Shown here: in pieces, positions 23,456 to 37,800 of the stretch
Layout of the letters: each line of letters starts with the position of its first letter
How positions within the stretch are numbered: the first letter of the stretch is position 1
DNA from: Mobula hypostoma
Taxonomy: Eukaryota
Assembly: GCF_963921235.1 (NCBI RefSeq)
Contig: NC_086097.1
Span: 182,096,001 to 182,160,000, forward strand
Reading direction: 5' to 3'
DNA: 64,000 bases
The notes under the pieces: generated by a model
What the model saw: only the letters and a program-made list of their open reading frames with translations
Told to the model about the DNA's origin: nothing
Databases searched by the model: none
Position numbers and translations under genes: made by a program

Positions 23456-25640
23456 CAGTGCCCATAAAGAGTATTCATCTTGGAAGTTTTCATGTTTTAT
23501 TGTTTTACAACATTGAATCACAGTGGATTTAATTTGGCTTTTTTGACACTGATCAACAGAAAAAGATGCATTTGTATCAAAGTAAGAACAGATCTCTACA
23601 AACTGATCTAATTTAATTGCAAATATAAAACACAAAATAATTGTATTAACTATTCACCCCCTTCAAGTCAGTATTTAGTAGATGCACCTTTGGCAGCAAT
23701 TATAGCCTTGAGTCTGTGTGGATAGGTCTCTATTACACATCTGGACACTGCAATTTTTCCCCATTCTTTACAAAGCTGCTCAAGCTCTATCAGATTGCAT
23801 GGATATCATGAGTGAACAGCCCTTTTCAAATCCAGCCACAAATTCTGGGTTGGCCACTCCAGGACATTAACTTTATTGTTTTTAAGCCATTCCTGTATAG
23901 CTTTGGCTTTATGCTTGGGGTCATTGTCTTGCTGGAAAACAAATCTTCTCCCAAGTCGCAGATCTCTTGCAGACTGCATCAGGTTTTCTTCCAGGATTTC
24001 CCTGTACTTTGTACTCTACGTTCACAAGCTTTCCAGGGCCTGCTGCAGTGAAGCATCCTCACAACATGATACAGCCACCACCGTGCTTCATGGTAGGGAT
24101 GGTGTGTTTTTGATGATGTGCGGTGTTTGGTTTACGCCAAACATAGTGCTTGGTCTGATGGCCAAAAAGCTCAATTTTGATTTCATCAGACCATAGAACC
24201 TTCTTCTAGCTGACCAGATACTCCCACATACCTTCTGGCAAACCCTAGCCGAGAATTTATGTGAGTTTTTTTTCAACAGTGGCTTTCTCTTTTCTACTCT
24301 CCCATAAAGCAGCGACTGGTGAAGCACCCAGGCAACAGTTTTTGTATTCGCAGTCTCTCCCATCTCAGCTTGTAACTCCTCCAGAGTTGTCATGAGTCTC
24401 ATAGTGGCCTCCCTCACTAGTCCCCTTCTTGCATAGTCACTAGTCCCCTTCTTGCATAGTTTTTTGAGGACAGCCTGCTCTAGGCAGATTTGTCATATTT
24501 TTTCTGTCGTGGAAAAGAGCACTTGGACCCGGAGGGAGCTGCTTTGGAAAATCTTTATTGATACATGATATCGTGGAGAGCCGAAGCTCCTAAAAGCGGG
24601 GTCTTGAAACTCTCAAACAAGAAAACTCAGTCCTATTTATACATGAATGGTACGTGACAAGAGACACTTAGGTGGATTTTTACAGAAGTAAAGGTCATGT
24701 GCCTCAGGACATTGTATGACCAGGTAATTCCTTCTTTGAACCTTTGTCTACCATTTTAGAGAACAATGTAGAATTAGTCCACTACATTCTGCATGACGAA
24801 TTCAAGGCAAAGCTTAGCAATCAGTTTTTTAGTATTTTAGTGGAACTCCAGCAATGCTACCGAATAGTGAAGTAGCAAAAATATGTCCTTTAGCAGCTAC
24901 ACATTCTACTCAAAAAAAATCAGGCAAGCTGGCTCAACCGCAAACATATAAAAATTCTCAGAACAAAGAAGTACAGACACAGTTATTTTTATATTTCGGT
25001 TGCGAGGCACATTTCAGTCACTCAGAGTACATTAGTTACGGATAAATGATTGTAGACTTCGAATTCACATTTTAAAACAAATCATTAGCCCCTCAATGCC
25101 CATTACAATGTAACGCCTTGATATTTTCTTCCACACTTTCCATTTCTATGCCATATTCTTTCCATTTCTTGATTGACTTAACTGTATCCAAAGGATACTC
25201 AGCAACTTGGAAATTTTCTTGTATCCATCTCCTAACTTGTGCTTTTCAATAACTTTTGTGGAGTTGCATTGAATGTTCTTTTGTCTTCATGGTGTAGTTT
25301 TTGCCAGGATACTGACTCATCAGCAGTTGGACCTTCCAGATACAGGTGTATTTTTACTGCAATCAATTGAAACCAATTGGCTACAGCAGTGATTATTTGG
25401 TGTGTCACATTAAGGGGGGGGGGGTGTGAATACTTACGCAATCAATTATTTTGTATTTTATATTTGTAACTAATTTAGATCATTTTGTAGAGATTTGTTT
25501 TCACTTTGACACTAAAGAGTCATTTTTTGTTGGATCAGTGTCAAAAAAGCCAAAATAAATCCACTGTGATTCAGTGTTGTAAAACAATAAAACATGGCAA
25601 CTCCCAAGGAGTAGGGTGTGAACACTTTATATAGGCACTG
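23456..25640 (-). mobile_element. Tc1-like transposon with long (~200 bp) IR/DR TIRs and a decayed transposase
   Basis: TA|CAGTGCC...GGCACTG|TA with long TIRs. Minus-strand MKTKEHS (about 25290) and TTLEELQ...LHQSLLYGRVEKRKPLLKK. Confidence 0.9.
24505..25135 (-). mobile_element. Probable solo LTR inserted in the Tc1 transposase
   Basis: TG...CA termini. 5-bp flanks TTTTC / CTTTC. Minus-strand TATAAATA (24634-24641) precedes AATAAA (24554-24559). Tc1 sequence resumes after it. Confidence 0.65.
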
Positions 25641-25749
25641 TATGTAAAATTATAAGCTGCATAGATAGGGTTGATACCCAGAGTTTTTCTCCTAAGACTG
25701 GAGGGTAAAGGTTTAAGGTAAGAGGGAGGAGGTTAAAAAGGGTAGTATG

Positions 25750-26045
25750 AGAGCATTGCAATTAGCATAATACAATGCCAGTGATCAGAAAATGGGGTTC
25801 ATTTCCCACCACTGTCCGTAAGGAGTTTGTTCATTCTCCCTTGACTGTGTGAATTTACTCCCGGTGCTCCGGTTTCCTCCCACGTTCCATAAATGTACAG
25901 GTGGGTAAGTTGTGGACATGCTTTGTTGGCACTGGAAACATGGTGACATTTGCAAGCTGCCCCCAGCACATCCTCGGATTGTGTCAGTTTAATGCAAATG
26001 ATGCATTTTACTGTATGTTTTGACGTACGTTTGACAAATAAAGCT
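25750..26045 (+). mobile_element. V-SINE
   Basis: gtaaggagtttgttcattctccc...ggtgctccggtttcctcccac V-domain and an AATAAA tail. Confidence 0.7.
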
Positions 26046-27489
26046 AATTGTCATGTAATGGGGATCTTTGGGGTAAATTTCCACACAGAGAGTAGTTGGC
26101 ATAATGAATCTGGTGATGTAAACAGGAATAGTAACAACATTTAAGAGGCATTTGAATGAGCAGGGCATCAAGGAGCATGGAATTATGAGGGTGGGTGCGA
26201 TTAGTATCGATAGGCAAGATGGTTAGCAGAGTGATAATGGGCTGAAGGACCTGTTTGTGTATTGTGCAACTTGATGACACCTATTGAATTGTGACCTTGT
26301 AAACCTGTGGAGTTCCTGGGACCCAGGGGCCTGGTGTTGTTCACTTTTCCCTGGTGGGCGAACTGTGTGTTCTGGCACAGATCCTCTTGGTTGATTGCTG
26401 AGAATGATCAAGAGCCAGTTGTTCAGTTAATGAAGGGCTGCATCTGCTGTTGATTTAGGGCTGTTCCCTGCAATTACTGTCGATGCTGACATGAAGCAAA
26501 GTGCGTATCCACAGGTTGAAAACAGGCCGAGTGCCCACAACAGCAGAGTCAGCCTGTTTAAAAACACTCAAAGGTTGTTACATAACCACTAATCATACAT
26601 AACTTAGTGCTGCACGTACAATGAGTTACTGTGATTTCTTTGTATTGATATTGGCATGTTGTTTCTTGTTCATCAGAGAGAGAGAGAGAGAAATATGTGT
26701 CTGAGATAGAGCATCTATGAGTGACATGGACAGAAGGAGAGAGGGAGAAAGAGAGTGAGTTTCTGGGATTATTACTAAGATGTAGACAAGGTAGATAAGA
26801 TACCAAAGACAGACAGACAGAGGCAGAATGGGCATTGCAGGAAGCGGGAGAAAGAAGACATTGTACCCCAGAGAACCTTGGCCCTGATGATGTCAACCAT
26901 CCCCATGCAGTGAAGTCATAAACAAGTTCCTTTTCCTTCTCTGTCATTTCCTGAGCCCTTTATTTGCCCCGTAAATGTAAATTTGAGTTCAGCTGTCAGC
27001 TTTTCATAGTGTGCACTGTTCAATTGTTTGTTGCGTGAGGAAAAGTGTTGGTTCATACAAAAGATCAGGGAGCAACGAGCCAGGTTCTGCAGTGAGCTGG
27101 GGCTTTGTATAAACTAGTTGAGCTGTCTGTATACACACAGTGTTCTTCCCTGTTATGTACTCTCAACATTAATTCAACCTCTGGTTCTACCACGAAACAT
27201 GGCAGCTGATACAAAGATCCAGTGATGAGATATCACAACCTTTTTGACATTCCCTATTTTCCTGCCCCCTTGAGCAGAAGGTTGAGGTGATTTTAGTGCC
27301 AGTATCAAGTACTAAGCACATTAGATTAATACAGGGGGGTGGTGAAGCTCCTCTTCATGACTCAGAGTGGAACAGCAGGACATGATAAATGATGAGTGCA
27401 TCTGTTTGTCACTGTGTGGATAAACATTCTCAGGCTCTCATTCCATGGAATCTTCCCTGTCCATCAAAGCAGGAAGATTTGGTACTCCC

Positions 27490-30400
27490 TCAAGTACTGC
27501 CCCTCTCACTGTATGACCCTCCCTCAGTACAGTCTTTCCCACAGTGTGACCCTCCCTCAATACAGTCCCTCCCACAGTGTGACTCTCCCTCAGTACTGTC
27601 CCTCCCACAGTGTGACTCTCCCTCAGTACTGTCCCTCCCACAGTGTGACCCTCCCTCAGTACTGTCCCTCCCACAGTGTGATACTCTCAGTACTGTCCCT
27701 CCCACAGTGTGACCCTCCCTCAGTACTGTCCCTCCCACAGTGTGATACTCTCAGTACTGTCCCTCCCACAATGTGACCCTCCCTCAATACTGTCCCTCCC
27801 ACAGTGTGACACTCTCAGTACTGTCCCTCCCACAGTGTGACTCTCCCTCAGTACTGTCCCTCCCACAGTGTGACACTCTCAGTACTGTCCCTCCCACAGT
27901 GTGACACTCTCAGTACTGTCCTTCCCACAGTGTGACTCTCCCTCAGTACTGTCCCTCCCACAGTGTGACCTTCCCTCAATACTGTCCCTCCCACAGTGTG
28001 ACTCTCCTCAGTACTGTCCCTCCCACAGTGTGACTCTCCCTCAGTACTGTCCCTCCCACAGTGTGACACTCTCAGTACTGTCCCTCCCACAGTGTGACAC
28101 TCTCAGTACTGTCCTTCCCACAGTGTGACTCTCCCTCAGTACTGTCCCTCCCACAGTGTGACTCTCCCTCAGTACTGTCCCTCCCACAGTGTGACCCTCC
28201 CTCAGTACTGTCCCTCCCACAGTGTGATACTCTCAGTACTGTCCCTCCCACAGTGTGACCCTCCCTCAGTACTGTCCCTCCCACAGTGTGATACTCTCAG
28301 TACTGTCCCTCCCACAGTGTGACCCTCCCTCAATACTGTCCCTCCCACAGTGTGACACTCTCAGTACTGTCCCTCCCACAGTGTGACTCTCCCTCAGTAC
28401 TGTCCCTCCCACAGTGTGACCCTCCCTCAGTACTTTTCCTCCCACAGTGTGACACTCTCAGTACTGTCCCTCCCACAGTGTGACTCACCCTCAGTACTGT
28501 CCTTCCCACAGTGTGACTCTCCCTCAGTACTGTCCCTCCCACAGTGTGACACTCTCGGTACTGTCCCTCCCACAGTGTGACTCTCCCTCAGTACTGTCAT
28601 TCCCACAGTGTGACCCTCCCTCAGTACTGTCCCTCCCACAGTGTGACTCTCCCTCAGTACTGTCCCTCCCACAGTGTGACCCTCCCTCAGTACTTTTCCT
28701 CCCACAGTGTGACACTCTCAGTACTGTCCCTCCCACAGTGTGACCCTCCCTCAGTACTGTCCCTCCCACAGTGTGACACTCCCTCAGTACTGTCCCTCCC
28801 ACAGTGTGATTCTCCCTCAGTACTGTCCCTCCCACAGTGTGACCCTCCCTCAGTACTGTCCCTCCCACAGTGTGACACTCTCAGTACTGTCCCTCCCACA
28901 GTGTGACCCTCCCTCAGTACTGTCCCTCCCACAGCATGATACTCTCAGTACTGTCCCTCCCACAGTGTGACCCTCCCTCAATACTGTCCCTCCCACAGTG
29001 TGACACTCTCAGTACTGTCCCTCCCACAGTGTGACTCTCCCTCAGTACTGTCCCTCCCACAGTGTGACCCTCCTTCAGTACTTTTCCTCCCACAGTGTGA
29101 CACTCTCGGTACTGTCCTTCCCACAGTGTGACACTCTCAGTACTGTCCCTCCCACAGTGTGACCCTCCCTCAGTACTTTTCCTCCCACAGTGTGACACTC
29201 TCGGTACTGTCCTTCCCACAGTGTGGCACTCTCAGTACTGTCCCTCCCACAGTGTGACTCTCCCTCAGTACTGTCCCTCCCACAGTGTGACCCTCCCTCA
29301 GTACTTTTCCTCCCACAGTGTGACACTCTCAGTACTGTCCCTCCCACAGTGTGACCCTCCCTCAGTACTGTCCCTCCCACAGTGTGACACTCCCTCAGTA
29401 CCGTCCCTCCCACAGTGTGATTCTCCCTCAGTACTGTCCCTCCCACAGTGTGACCCTCCCTCAGTACTGTCCCTCCCACAGTGTGACACTCTCAGTACTG
29501 TCCTTCCCACAGTGTGACTCTCCCTCAGTACTGTCCCTCCCACAGTGTGACACTCTCAGTACTGTCCTTCCCACAGTGTGACTCTCCCTCAGTACTTTTC
29601 CTCCCACAGTGTAACACTCTCAGTACTGTCCCTCCCACAGTGTGACTCTCCTTCAGTACTGTCCCTCCCACAGTGTGACACTCTCAGTACTGTCCCTCCC
29701 ACAGTGTGACTCTCCCTCAGTACTGTCCCTCCCACAGTGTGACCCTCCCTCAGTACTTTTCCAACCACAGTGTGACACTCTCAGTACTGTCCCTCCCACA
29801 GTGTGACTCTCCCTCAGTACTGTCCCTCCCACAGTGTGACACTCCCTCAGTACTGTCCCTCCCACAGTGTGACACTCTCAGTACTGTACCTCCCACAGTG
29901 TGACTCTCCCTCAGTACTGTCCCTCCCACAGTGTGACTCTCCCTCAGTACTGTCCCTCCCACAGTGTGACACTCTCAGTACTGTCCTTCCCACAGTGTGA
30001 CTCTCCCTCAGTACTGTCCCTCCCACAGTGTGACACTCCCTCAGTACTGTCTCTCCCACAGTGTGACTCTCCCTCAGTACTGTCCCTCCCACAGTGTGAT
30101 TCTCCCTCAGTACTGTCCCTCCCACAGTGTGACCCTCCCTCAGTACTGTCCCTCCCACAGTGTGACACTCTCAGTACTGTCCTTCCCACAGTGTGACACT
30201 CCCTCAGTACTGTCCTTCCCACAGTGTGACACTCTCAGTACTGTCCCTCCCACAGTGTGACCCTCCCTCAGTACTGTCCCTCCCACAGTATGATACTCTC
30301 AGTACTGTCCCTCCCACAGTGTGACCCTCCCTCAATACTGTCCCTCCCACAGTGTGACACTCTCAGTACTGTCCCTCCCACAGTGTGACTCTCCCTCAGT

Positions 30401-33180
30401 ACTGTCCCTCCCACAGTGTGACCCTCCCTCAGTACTTTTCCTCCCACAGTGTGACACTCTCAGTACTGTCCCTCCCACAGTGTGACTCTCCCTCAGTACT
30501 GTCCCTCCCACAGTGTGACACTCCCTCAGTACTGTCCCTCCCACAGTGTGACTCTCCTCAGTACTTTTCCTCCCACAGTGTGACACTCTCAGTACTGTCC
30601 CTCCCACAGTGTGACTCTCCCTCAGTACTGTCCCTCCCACAGTGTGACCCTCCCTCAGTACTTTTCCTCCCACAGTGTGACACTCTCAGTACTGTCCTTC
30701 CCACAGTGTGACTCTCCCTCAGTACTGTCCCTCCCACAGTGTGACACTCTCAGTACTGTCCTTCCCACAGTGTGACACTCTCAGTACTGTCCCTCCCACA
30801 GTGTGACTCTCCCTCAGTACTGTCCCTCCCATAGTGTGACCCTCCCTCAGTACTTTTCCTCCCACAGTGTGACACTCTCAGTACTGTCCCTCCCACAGTG
30901 TGACCCTCCCTCAGTACTGTCCCTCCCACAGTGTGACACTCCCTCAGTACCGTCCCTCCCACAGTGTGATTCTCCCTCAGTACTGTCCCTCCCACAGTGT
31001 GACCCTCCCTCAGTACTGTCCCTCCCACAGTGTGACACTCTCAGTACTGTCCTTCCCACAGTGTGACTCTCCCTCAGTACTGTCCCTCCCACAGTGTGAC
31101 ACTCTCAGTACTGTCCTTCCCACAGTGTGACTCTCCCTCAGTACTTTTCCTCCCACAGTGTGACACTCTCAGTACTGTCCCTCCCACAGTGTGACTCTCT
31201 CTCAGTACTGTCCCTCCCACAGTGTGACCCTCCCTCAGTCCTGTCCCTCCCACAGTGTGACTCTCCCTCAGTACTTTTCCTCCCACAGTGTGACACTCTC
31301 AGTACTGTCCCTCCCACAGTGTGACTCTCCTTCAGTACTGTCCCTCCCACAGTGTGACACTCTCAGTACTGTCCCTCCCACAGTGTGACTCTCCCTCAGT
31401 ACTGTCCCTCCCACAGTGTGACCCTCCCTCAGTACTTTTCCAACCACAGTGTGACACTCTCAGTACTGTCCCTCCCACAGTGTGACTCTCCCTCAGTACT
31501 GTCCCTCCCACAGTGTGACACTCCCTCAGTACTGTCCCTCCCACAGTGTGACACTCTCAGTACTGTACCTCCCACAGTGTGACTCTCCCTCAGTACTGTC
31601 CCTCCCACAGTGTGACTCTCCCTCAGTACTGTCCCTCCCACAGTGTGACACTCTCAGTACTGTCCTTCCCACAGTGTGACTCTCCCTCAGTACTGACCCT
31701 CCCACAGTGTGACACTCCCTCAGTACTGTCCCTCCCACAGTGTGACTCTCCCTCAGTACTTTTCCTCCCACAGTGTGACACTCTCAGTACTGTCCCTTCC
31801 ACAGTGTGACTCTCCCTCAGTACTGTCCCTCCCACAGTGTGACTCTCCCTCAGTACTGTCCCTCCCACAGTGTGACACTCTCAGTACTGTCCCTCCCAGT
31901 GTGACTCTCCCTCAATACTGTCCCTCCCACAGTGTGACTCTCCTCAGTACTGTCCCTCCCACAGTGTGACACTCTCAGTACTGTCCTTCCCACAGTGTGA
32001 CTCTCCCTCAGTACTGTCCCTCCCACAGTGTGACACTCTCGGTACTGTCCTTCCCACAGTGTGACTCTCCCTCAGTACTTTTCCTCACACAGTGTGACAC
32101 TCTCAGTACTGTCCCTCCCACAGTGTGACGCTCCCTCAATACTGTCCCTCCCACAGTGTGACACTCTCAGTACTGTCCCTCCCACAGTGTGACTCTCCCT
32201 CAGTACTGTCCCTCCCACAGTGTGACCCTCCCTCAGTACTGTCCCTCCCACAGTGTGACACTCTCAGTACTGTCCCTCCCACAGTGTGACACTCTCAGTA
32301 CTGTCCTTCCCACAGTGTGACTCTCCCTCAGTACTGTCCCTCCCACAGTGTGACACTCTCGGTACTGTCCTTCCCACAGTGTGACTCTCCCTCAGTACTT
32401 TTCCTCACACAGTGTGACACTCTCAGTACTGTCCCTCCCACAGTGTGACTCTCCCTCAGTACTGTCCCTCCCACAGTGTGACTCTCCCTCAGTACTGTCC
32501 CTCCCACAGTGTGACCCTCCCTCAGTACTTTTCCTCCCACAGTGTGACACTCTCAGTACTGTCCCTCCCACAGTGTGACTCTCCTTCAGTACTGTCCCTC
32601 CCACAGTGTGACACTCTCAGTACTGTCCCTCCCACAGTGTGACTCTCCCTCAGTACTGTCCCTCCCACAGTGTGACCCTCCCTCAGTACTTTTCCTCCCA
32701 CAGTGTGACACTCTCAGTACTGTCCCTCCCACAGTGTGACTCTCCTTCAGTACTGTCCCTCCCACAGTGTGACTCTCCCTCAATACTGTCCCTCCCACAG
32801 TGTGACTCTCCTCAGTACTGTCCCTCCCACAGTGTGACTCTCCCTCCGTACTGTCCCTCCCACAGTGTGACTCTCCCTCAGTACTGTCCCTCCCACAGTG
32901 TGACACTCTCAGTACTGTCCATCCCACAGTGTGACTCTCCCTCAGTACTGTCCCTCCCAGTGTGATTCTCCCTCAGTACTGTCCCTCCCACAGTGTGACC
33001 CTCCCTCAGTACTTTTCCTCCCACAGTGTGACACTCTCAGTACTGTCCCTCCCACAGTGTGACTCTCCTTCAGTACTGTCCCTCCCACAGTGTGACACTC
33101 TCAGTACTGTCCCTCCCACAGTGTGACTGTCCCTCAGTACTGTCCCTCCCACAGTGTGACCCTCCCTCAGTACCACTCCT
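27490..33180. repeat. 5.7-kb tandem array of a 31-33-bp minisatellite, roughly 175 units
   Basis: Unit CTCAGTACTGTCCCTCCCACAGTGTGACTCTCC with a 31-bp variant ...GTGTGACACT. Confidence 0.98.
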
Positions 33181-33964
33181 CTGACAGTATGGTGCTTTTG
33201 TTATTATGCTCTTGCTTTACCCTCTTTGTGTGCATCCCTGACACTATGACGCTCCTTCAGTGCTGCCCCCTTCAACACAACAGCATCAAACACTACTTCC
33301 TTCCCTACAATCCCCAGACAGTGTGGCACTCCTTCAGTGCTGCTCTTTAATTTTGGGTATGAACAGGCAACACGTTCAACTCCCAAAGGAGGCAATTTAG
33401 GCAAGTGAATCACCTAAATTTGGGAATTCACAACAACAGGTAAAGTGTTAGAAAAACTACTAGATTGCTGTGGATCACTGATGTATTGGTGGGAGAGGAA
33501 CCTGCTGATCGCACCCAGCTTGGCCTGTGACTTACAGAGGACTAGGACACGTTATGGTGTTTATAGACAGTGGTTGGGCAGGCTAGGATTTTATTCCTCG
33601 GAGCACTAGAGATTGAGGGGTGACCTTGTAGTGGTCTGTAAAATTATGATGGGCATAGATAATGTGAGCACACAGAGTCTTTTCACCAGGTTGTGAAACT
33701 AAAAACTAGAGGGCATAGGTTTAGAGTTAGAATGAGTCGATTTAAGATGGACCTGAGCAGCACCCTTTTCATGCAGAGGATGATCAGTATAAGGAATGAG
33801 CAACCACAGGATGTGGTTGAGACAGGTACACTAGTAACATTTCAAAGGACATTGAACAGTACAGGCCCTTTAGCCCACAATGTTGCACTGACTTTTTAAC
33901 CTACTCCAAGATCAAGCTAACCATTCCCTCCCAGAGAACCCTCCATTTTTCTTTCATCCATGTG

Positions 33965-36760
33965 CACAGGAGCAGAATTAGGCCGTTTGGCCCAGCGAGT
34001 CTGCTCTACCATTTAATCATGGCTGATCCTTTTTTCCCCTCCTCAGCCCCACTCCCTGGTCTTCTCCCAGAAACCTTTGATGCTGTGTCCAATCAAGAAC
34101 CAATCAAGTTCTGCCTTAAATGCACCCAACGATTTGGCCTCCACAGCTGCCTGTGGTAACAAATTCCACATATTTACCATCCTCTGGCTAAAGAAATTTC
34201 TCTGCATCTCTGTTTTAAATGGATGCTGCTCCATCCTGAGGCTATGCCCTCTTGTCCTCGACTCCCCTACCAAGTGAACCATCCTTTCCACATCTACTCT
34301 GTCTAGGCCTGTCAATATTCAAAAGGTTTCAATGAGATCCCCCCTCATGCTTCTAAATTCCAGCAAATGCAGACCCAGAGCTTTCAAATGTTCCTCGTAT
34401 GATAACCCTTTCATTCTGGAATTATCCTTTTGCGTCTCCTCTAAACCCACTCCAATGCCAGCACATTTTTTTTTAGCTGAGCCCAAAACAGTTCACAATA
34501 CTCAAGGTGAGGCCTCACCAGTGCTTTATAAAGCCTCAGTATCACATCCCTGTTCTTGTATTCTAGACCTCTTGGAATGAATGCTAACATTGCATTTGTC
34601 TTCCTTACCACTGACTCAACCTGCAAGTTAACCTTTAGGGTGTTGTGCATAAGGATTCCCAAGTCCCTTTGCATCTCAGATTTTTGGATTTTCTCTCTGT
34701 TTAGAAAATAGTCTACACATTTATTTCTACTACCAAAGTGCATGACGATGCATTTTCCAACGTTATATTTCATCTGCCACTTTCTTGCCTATTTTCCAAA
34801 TCTGTCTAAGTCCTTCTGCAGCCTACCTGTTTCCTCAACACTGCCTGCTCCATCAGCAATCTTCATATCATCTGCAAACTTGGCAACAAAGCCACCTATT
34901 CCATCATCTAAATCATTGATATACAGTATAAAAAGGAGCGTTCCCAACACTAACTCCTGCAGAACCCCACTTGTCACTAGCAGCCAACCAGAAAAGTATC
35001 CTTTTATTTCCACTCACTACCTCCTACCAATCAGCCAATGCACTAACCATGCCAGTAACTTTCCTGTAATACCACAGGTTCTTAACTTAGTAAGCAGCCT
35101 CATGAGTGGCACCTTGTCACCCTTCTGAAAGTCCAAATATACAACATCCACTACATCACCTTTATCTATCCTACTTGTAATCTCATCAAAGAATTCCAAC
35201 AGGTTTGTCAGGCAGGATTTTCCCTGAAGGAAACCCTGTTGACTTTGTCCTATCTTATCCTGTGTCACCAAGTACTTCATAACTTTATCCTTAATAGTTA
35301 ACTCAATAGTTAACCTTAATAATGACTCCAACATCTTCCCAGCCGCTGAGGTCAGGCTAATGGGTCTATAATTTCCTTTCTGCTGCCTTCCTGCTGTCTT
35401 TAAGAGTGGACTGACATTTGCAATTTTTCAGTCCTCTGGCGGCATGCCAGAGTCAAATGATTTTTGAAAGATCATTTCTAATGCTTCTACAATCTCTATC
35501 GCTATGTCTTTCAGAACCTTCTGGTGCAGTTCATCTGATCCAGGTGACTTTTGTACCCTTAAGTCTTTCAGCTTTTTGAACACTTTCTCTCTTCTAATAT
35601 TAACTGCACTCACTTCTCTTCCCTCACACTCTTCAACATCTGGCACACTGCTAGTGTCTTCCACAGTGAAGACTGATGCAAAATACTCATTTAGTTCATC
35701 TGCCATCTCCTTGCCCTCCATTATTATTCCTCTGGCCACATTTTCTAGTGGTCCCATATACATTCTCAGTTCTCTTTTATATTTTACATACTTGAAAAAG
35801 TTTTTACTATCCACCTTGATATTGTTTGCTAGCTTGCTTTCATATTTCATATTCTCCCTGCTAATGATTCTGTTAGTTGCTCTCTGTAGGTTTTTAAAAG
35901 CTTCCCAATTCTCTATCTTCCTGTTAATTTTTGCTTTGTTGTATACCCTCTCATTAGCTTTGTCAGCCATGAATGTACTATTTTGCCATTTGAGTATTTA
36001 TTTCTTCATTTTTGGCATACATCTGAACTACACCTTCCTCATTTTTTCCCCCAGAAACTCATGCCATTGCTGCTCTGCTGTCATCCCTGCCAGCATCTCC
36101 TTCCAATTTACTTTGGCCAACTCCTCTCTCATACCACTGTAATTTCCTTTACTCCACCGAAACACTGCTACATCAGACCTTACTTTCTCCTTATCAGATT
36201 TCAAGTTGAACTCAATCATATTATGATCACAGCCTCCTACGGGTTCTTTTACCTTAAGCTCCCTAATCACTTCTGGTTCATTACGTAACACCCAATCCAG
36301 TATAGTTGATCCCCAAGTCAACTCAACAACAAACTGCTCTAAAAAGCCATCTTGTTGGCATTCAATAAACTCACTCTCTTGAGATCCATTACTAGCCTGA
36401 TTCTCCCAATCGACTTGCATGTTGAAATCTCCAATGACAATCATAACATTGTCCTCTTGACACGCCTTTTCTATTTCCAGTTGTAATCTGTGGTTCACCT
36501 CCCAGTTACTGTTCAGGGGCCTGTATATAACTGTCATCAGGGTCCTTTTATCCATGCAGTTTCTTAACTCAACCCACAAGGTTTCAACATCTTCCGATCC
36601 CATGTCACATCTTTCTACTGAGTTGATGCCATTCTTTACTAGCAGAGCCCATCTGCCTACTTTCCTATCTCTCTGATATAATGTGTAACCTTGGACATTC
36701 AGCTCTCAACTACAACCATCCTTTAGCCATGATTCAGTGATGTCTATAATATCATACCTG
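33965..36760 (-). mobile_element. Long CR1-like LINE ORF2 (APE endonuclease and RT, frameshifted), nested in another CR1 3' end
   Basis: ORFs 36028-36603 (VIYRP, IGDFN, LDWVL, CDHN), 35428-35970, 35017-35334 (QQGF..GKSCLTNLLEFF), 34789-35013 (KFADD) and 34441-34773. Confidence 0.92.
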
Positions 36761-36769
36761 CTAAAAGTA

Positions 36770-37800
36770 ATAGTGCTATCTAAGATTCTATTAAGTTTTG
36801 CTAATGTGTCTGACTCTACCAACAGCCCAGTCAGTGCATTCCATGCACTTACACTCTCTGTGTAACATATCTATTTCTGCCATCTTCTGTGCTTTCCTTC
36901 AATCACTTTAATGCCCTCTCCTATTAGCTATTGCCACCCTGGGAAAAAGACGCTGGCTGACCACTCTATCTATGCCTCTTAGCATCTTGTACACCTCTAT
37001 CAAATATACTCTCATCTTCCTTTGCTCCAAGGAGAAAAGCCCCAACTCACTTACCTTATCCTCTTAAGACATACTCTCTATTCCATGCAGAATCGTGGTA
37101 AATAAGACCTTAAAACATAAGAGCAGAATTTGGCCACTTCGCCCATCGAGACTGCTCCACCATTCCATCATGGCTGATTTATTATCCCTCTGAGCCCCAT
37201 TCTCCTGCCTTTCCCCGTCACCTTTGATGCCCTGATTAACCGAGAACTTATCAACCTCTGCTTTAAATATATTCAATGACTTGGCCCCCATAGCCGTCTG
37301 TGGCAATGAATTCCACAGGTTCACCACTCTGACTAAAGAAATACCTTCTCATCTCTGTTACAAATGGATGTTTCTATATTCTGAGGCTGTGCCCTCTGGT
37401 TCTAGACTCACCCACCATAGGAAACATCCTCTCCACATCCACTCTGTCTCGGTCTTTCAATATTCATTAGGTTTCAGTGAGATTCTCCCTCATTCTTCTA
37501 AGCTTCAGTGAGTACAGGAACAGGCATAGGCACAGAGCCATCAACGTGCCTCATGTTAACCCCTTTATTCCCAGAATTATTCTTGTGAACCTTCTTTGGA
37601 CCCTCTCCAATGTTAATGCATCTTTTTAAAAATGGGCCCAAAACTGTTCATAATACTCCAAGTGTAGTCTGATCAATGCCCTATAAAACCTCAGCATCTC
37701 ATCCTTGCTGTTATATTCTAGTCCTCTCAAAATGAATGCTAACTTTCCTTACCACCGACTCAAACTGCAAGTTAACCTTTAGGGAATCCTATACCAAGTC
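36770..37800 (-). mobile_element. Further CR1-like 3' fragments
   Basis: VNLWNSLPQ.A..AKSLNIFKAEVDKF motif and CR1-type 3' ends. Confidence 0.8.

Noticed and set aside
27490..33180. CRISPR-like regular ~33-bp periodicity
   Set aside because: Units are contiguous with no unique spacers, there are no cas genes, and the context is vertebrate.
27389..33350. Dozens of ORFs such as TLPQYCPSHSV and GRDSTEGESHC repeats
   Set aside because: They are translation artefacts of a 33-bp unit that is open on both strands and broken by 31-bp units. The array is intronic.
35504..36142. 212-aa hydrophobic + strand ORF
   Set aside because: It is an antisense shadow of CR1 ORF2.
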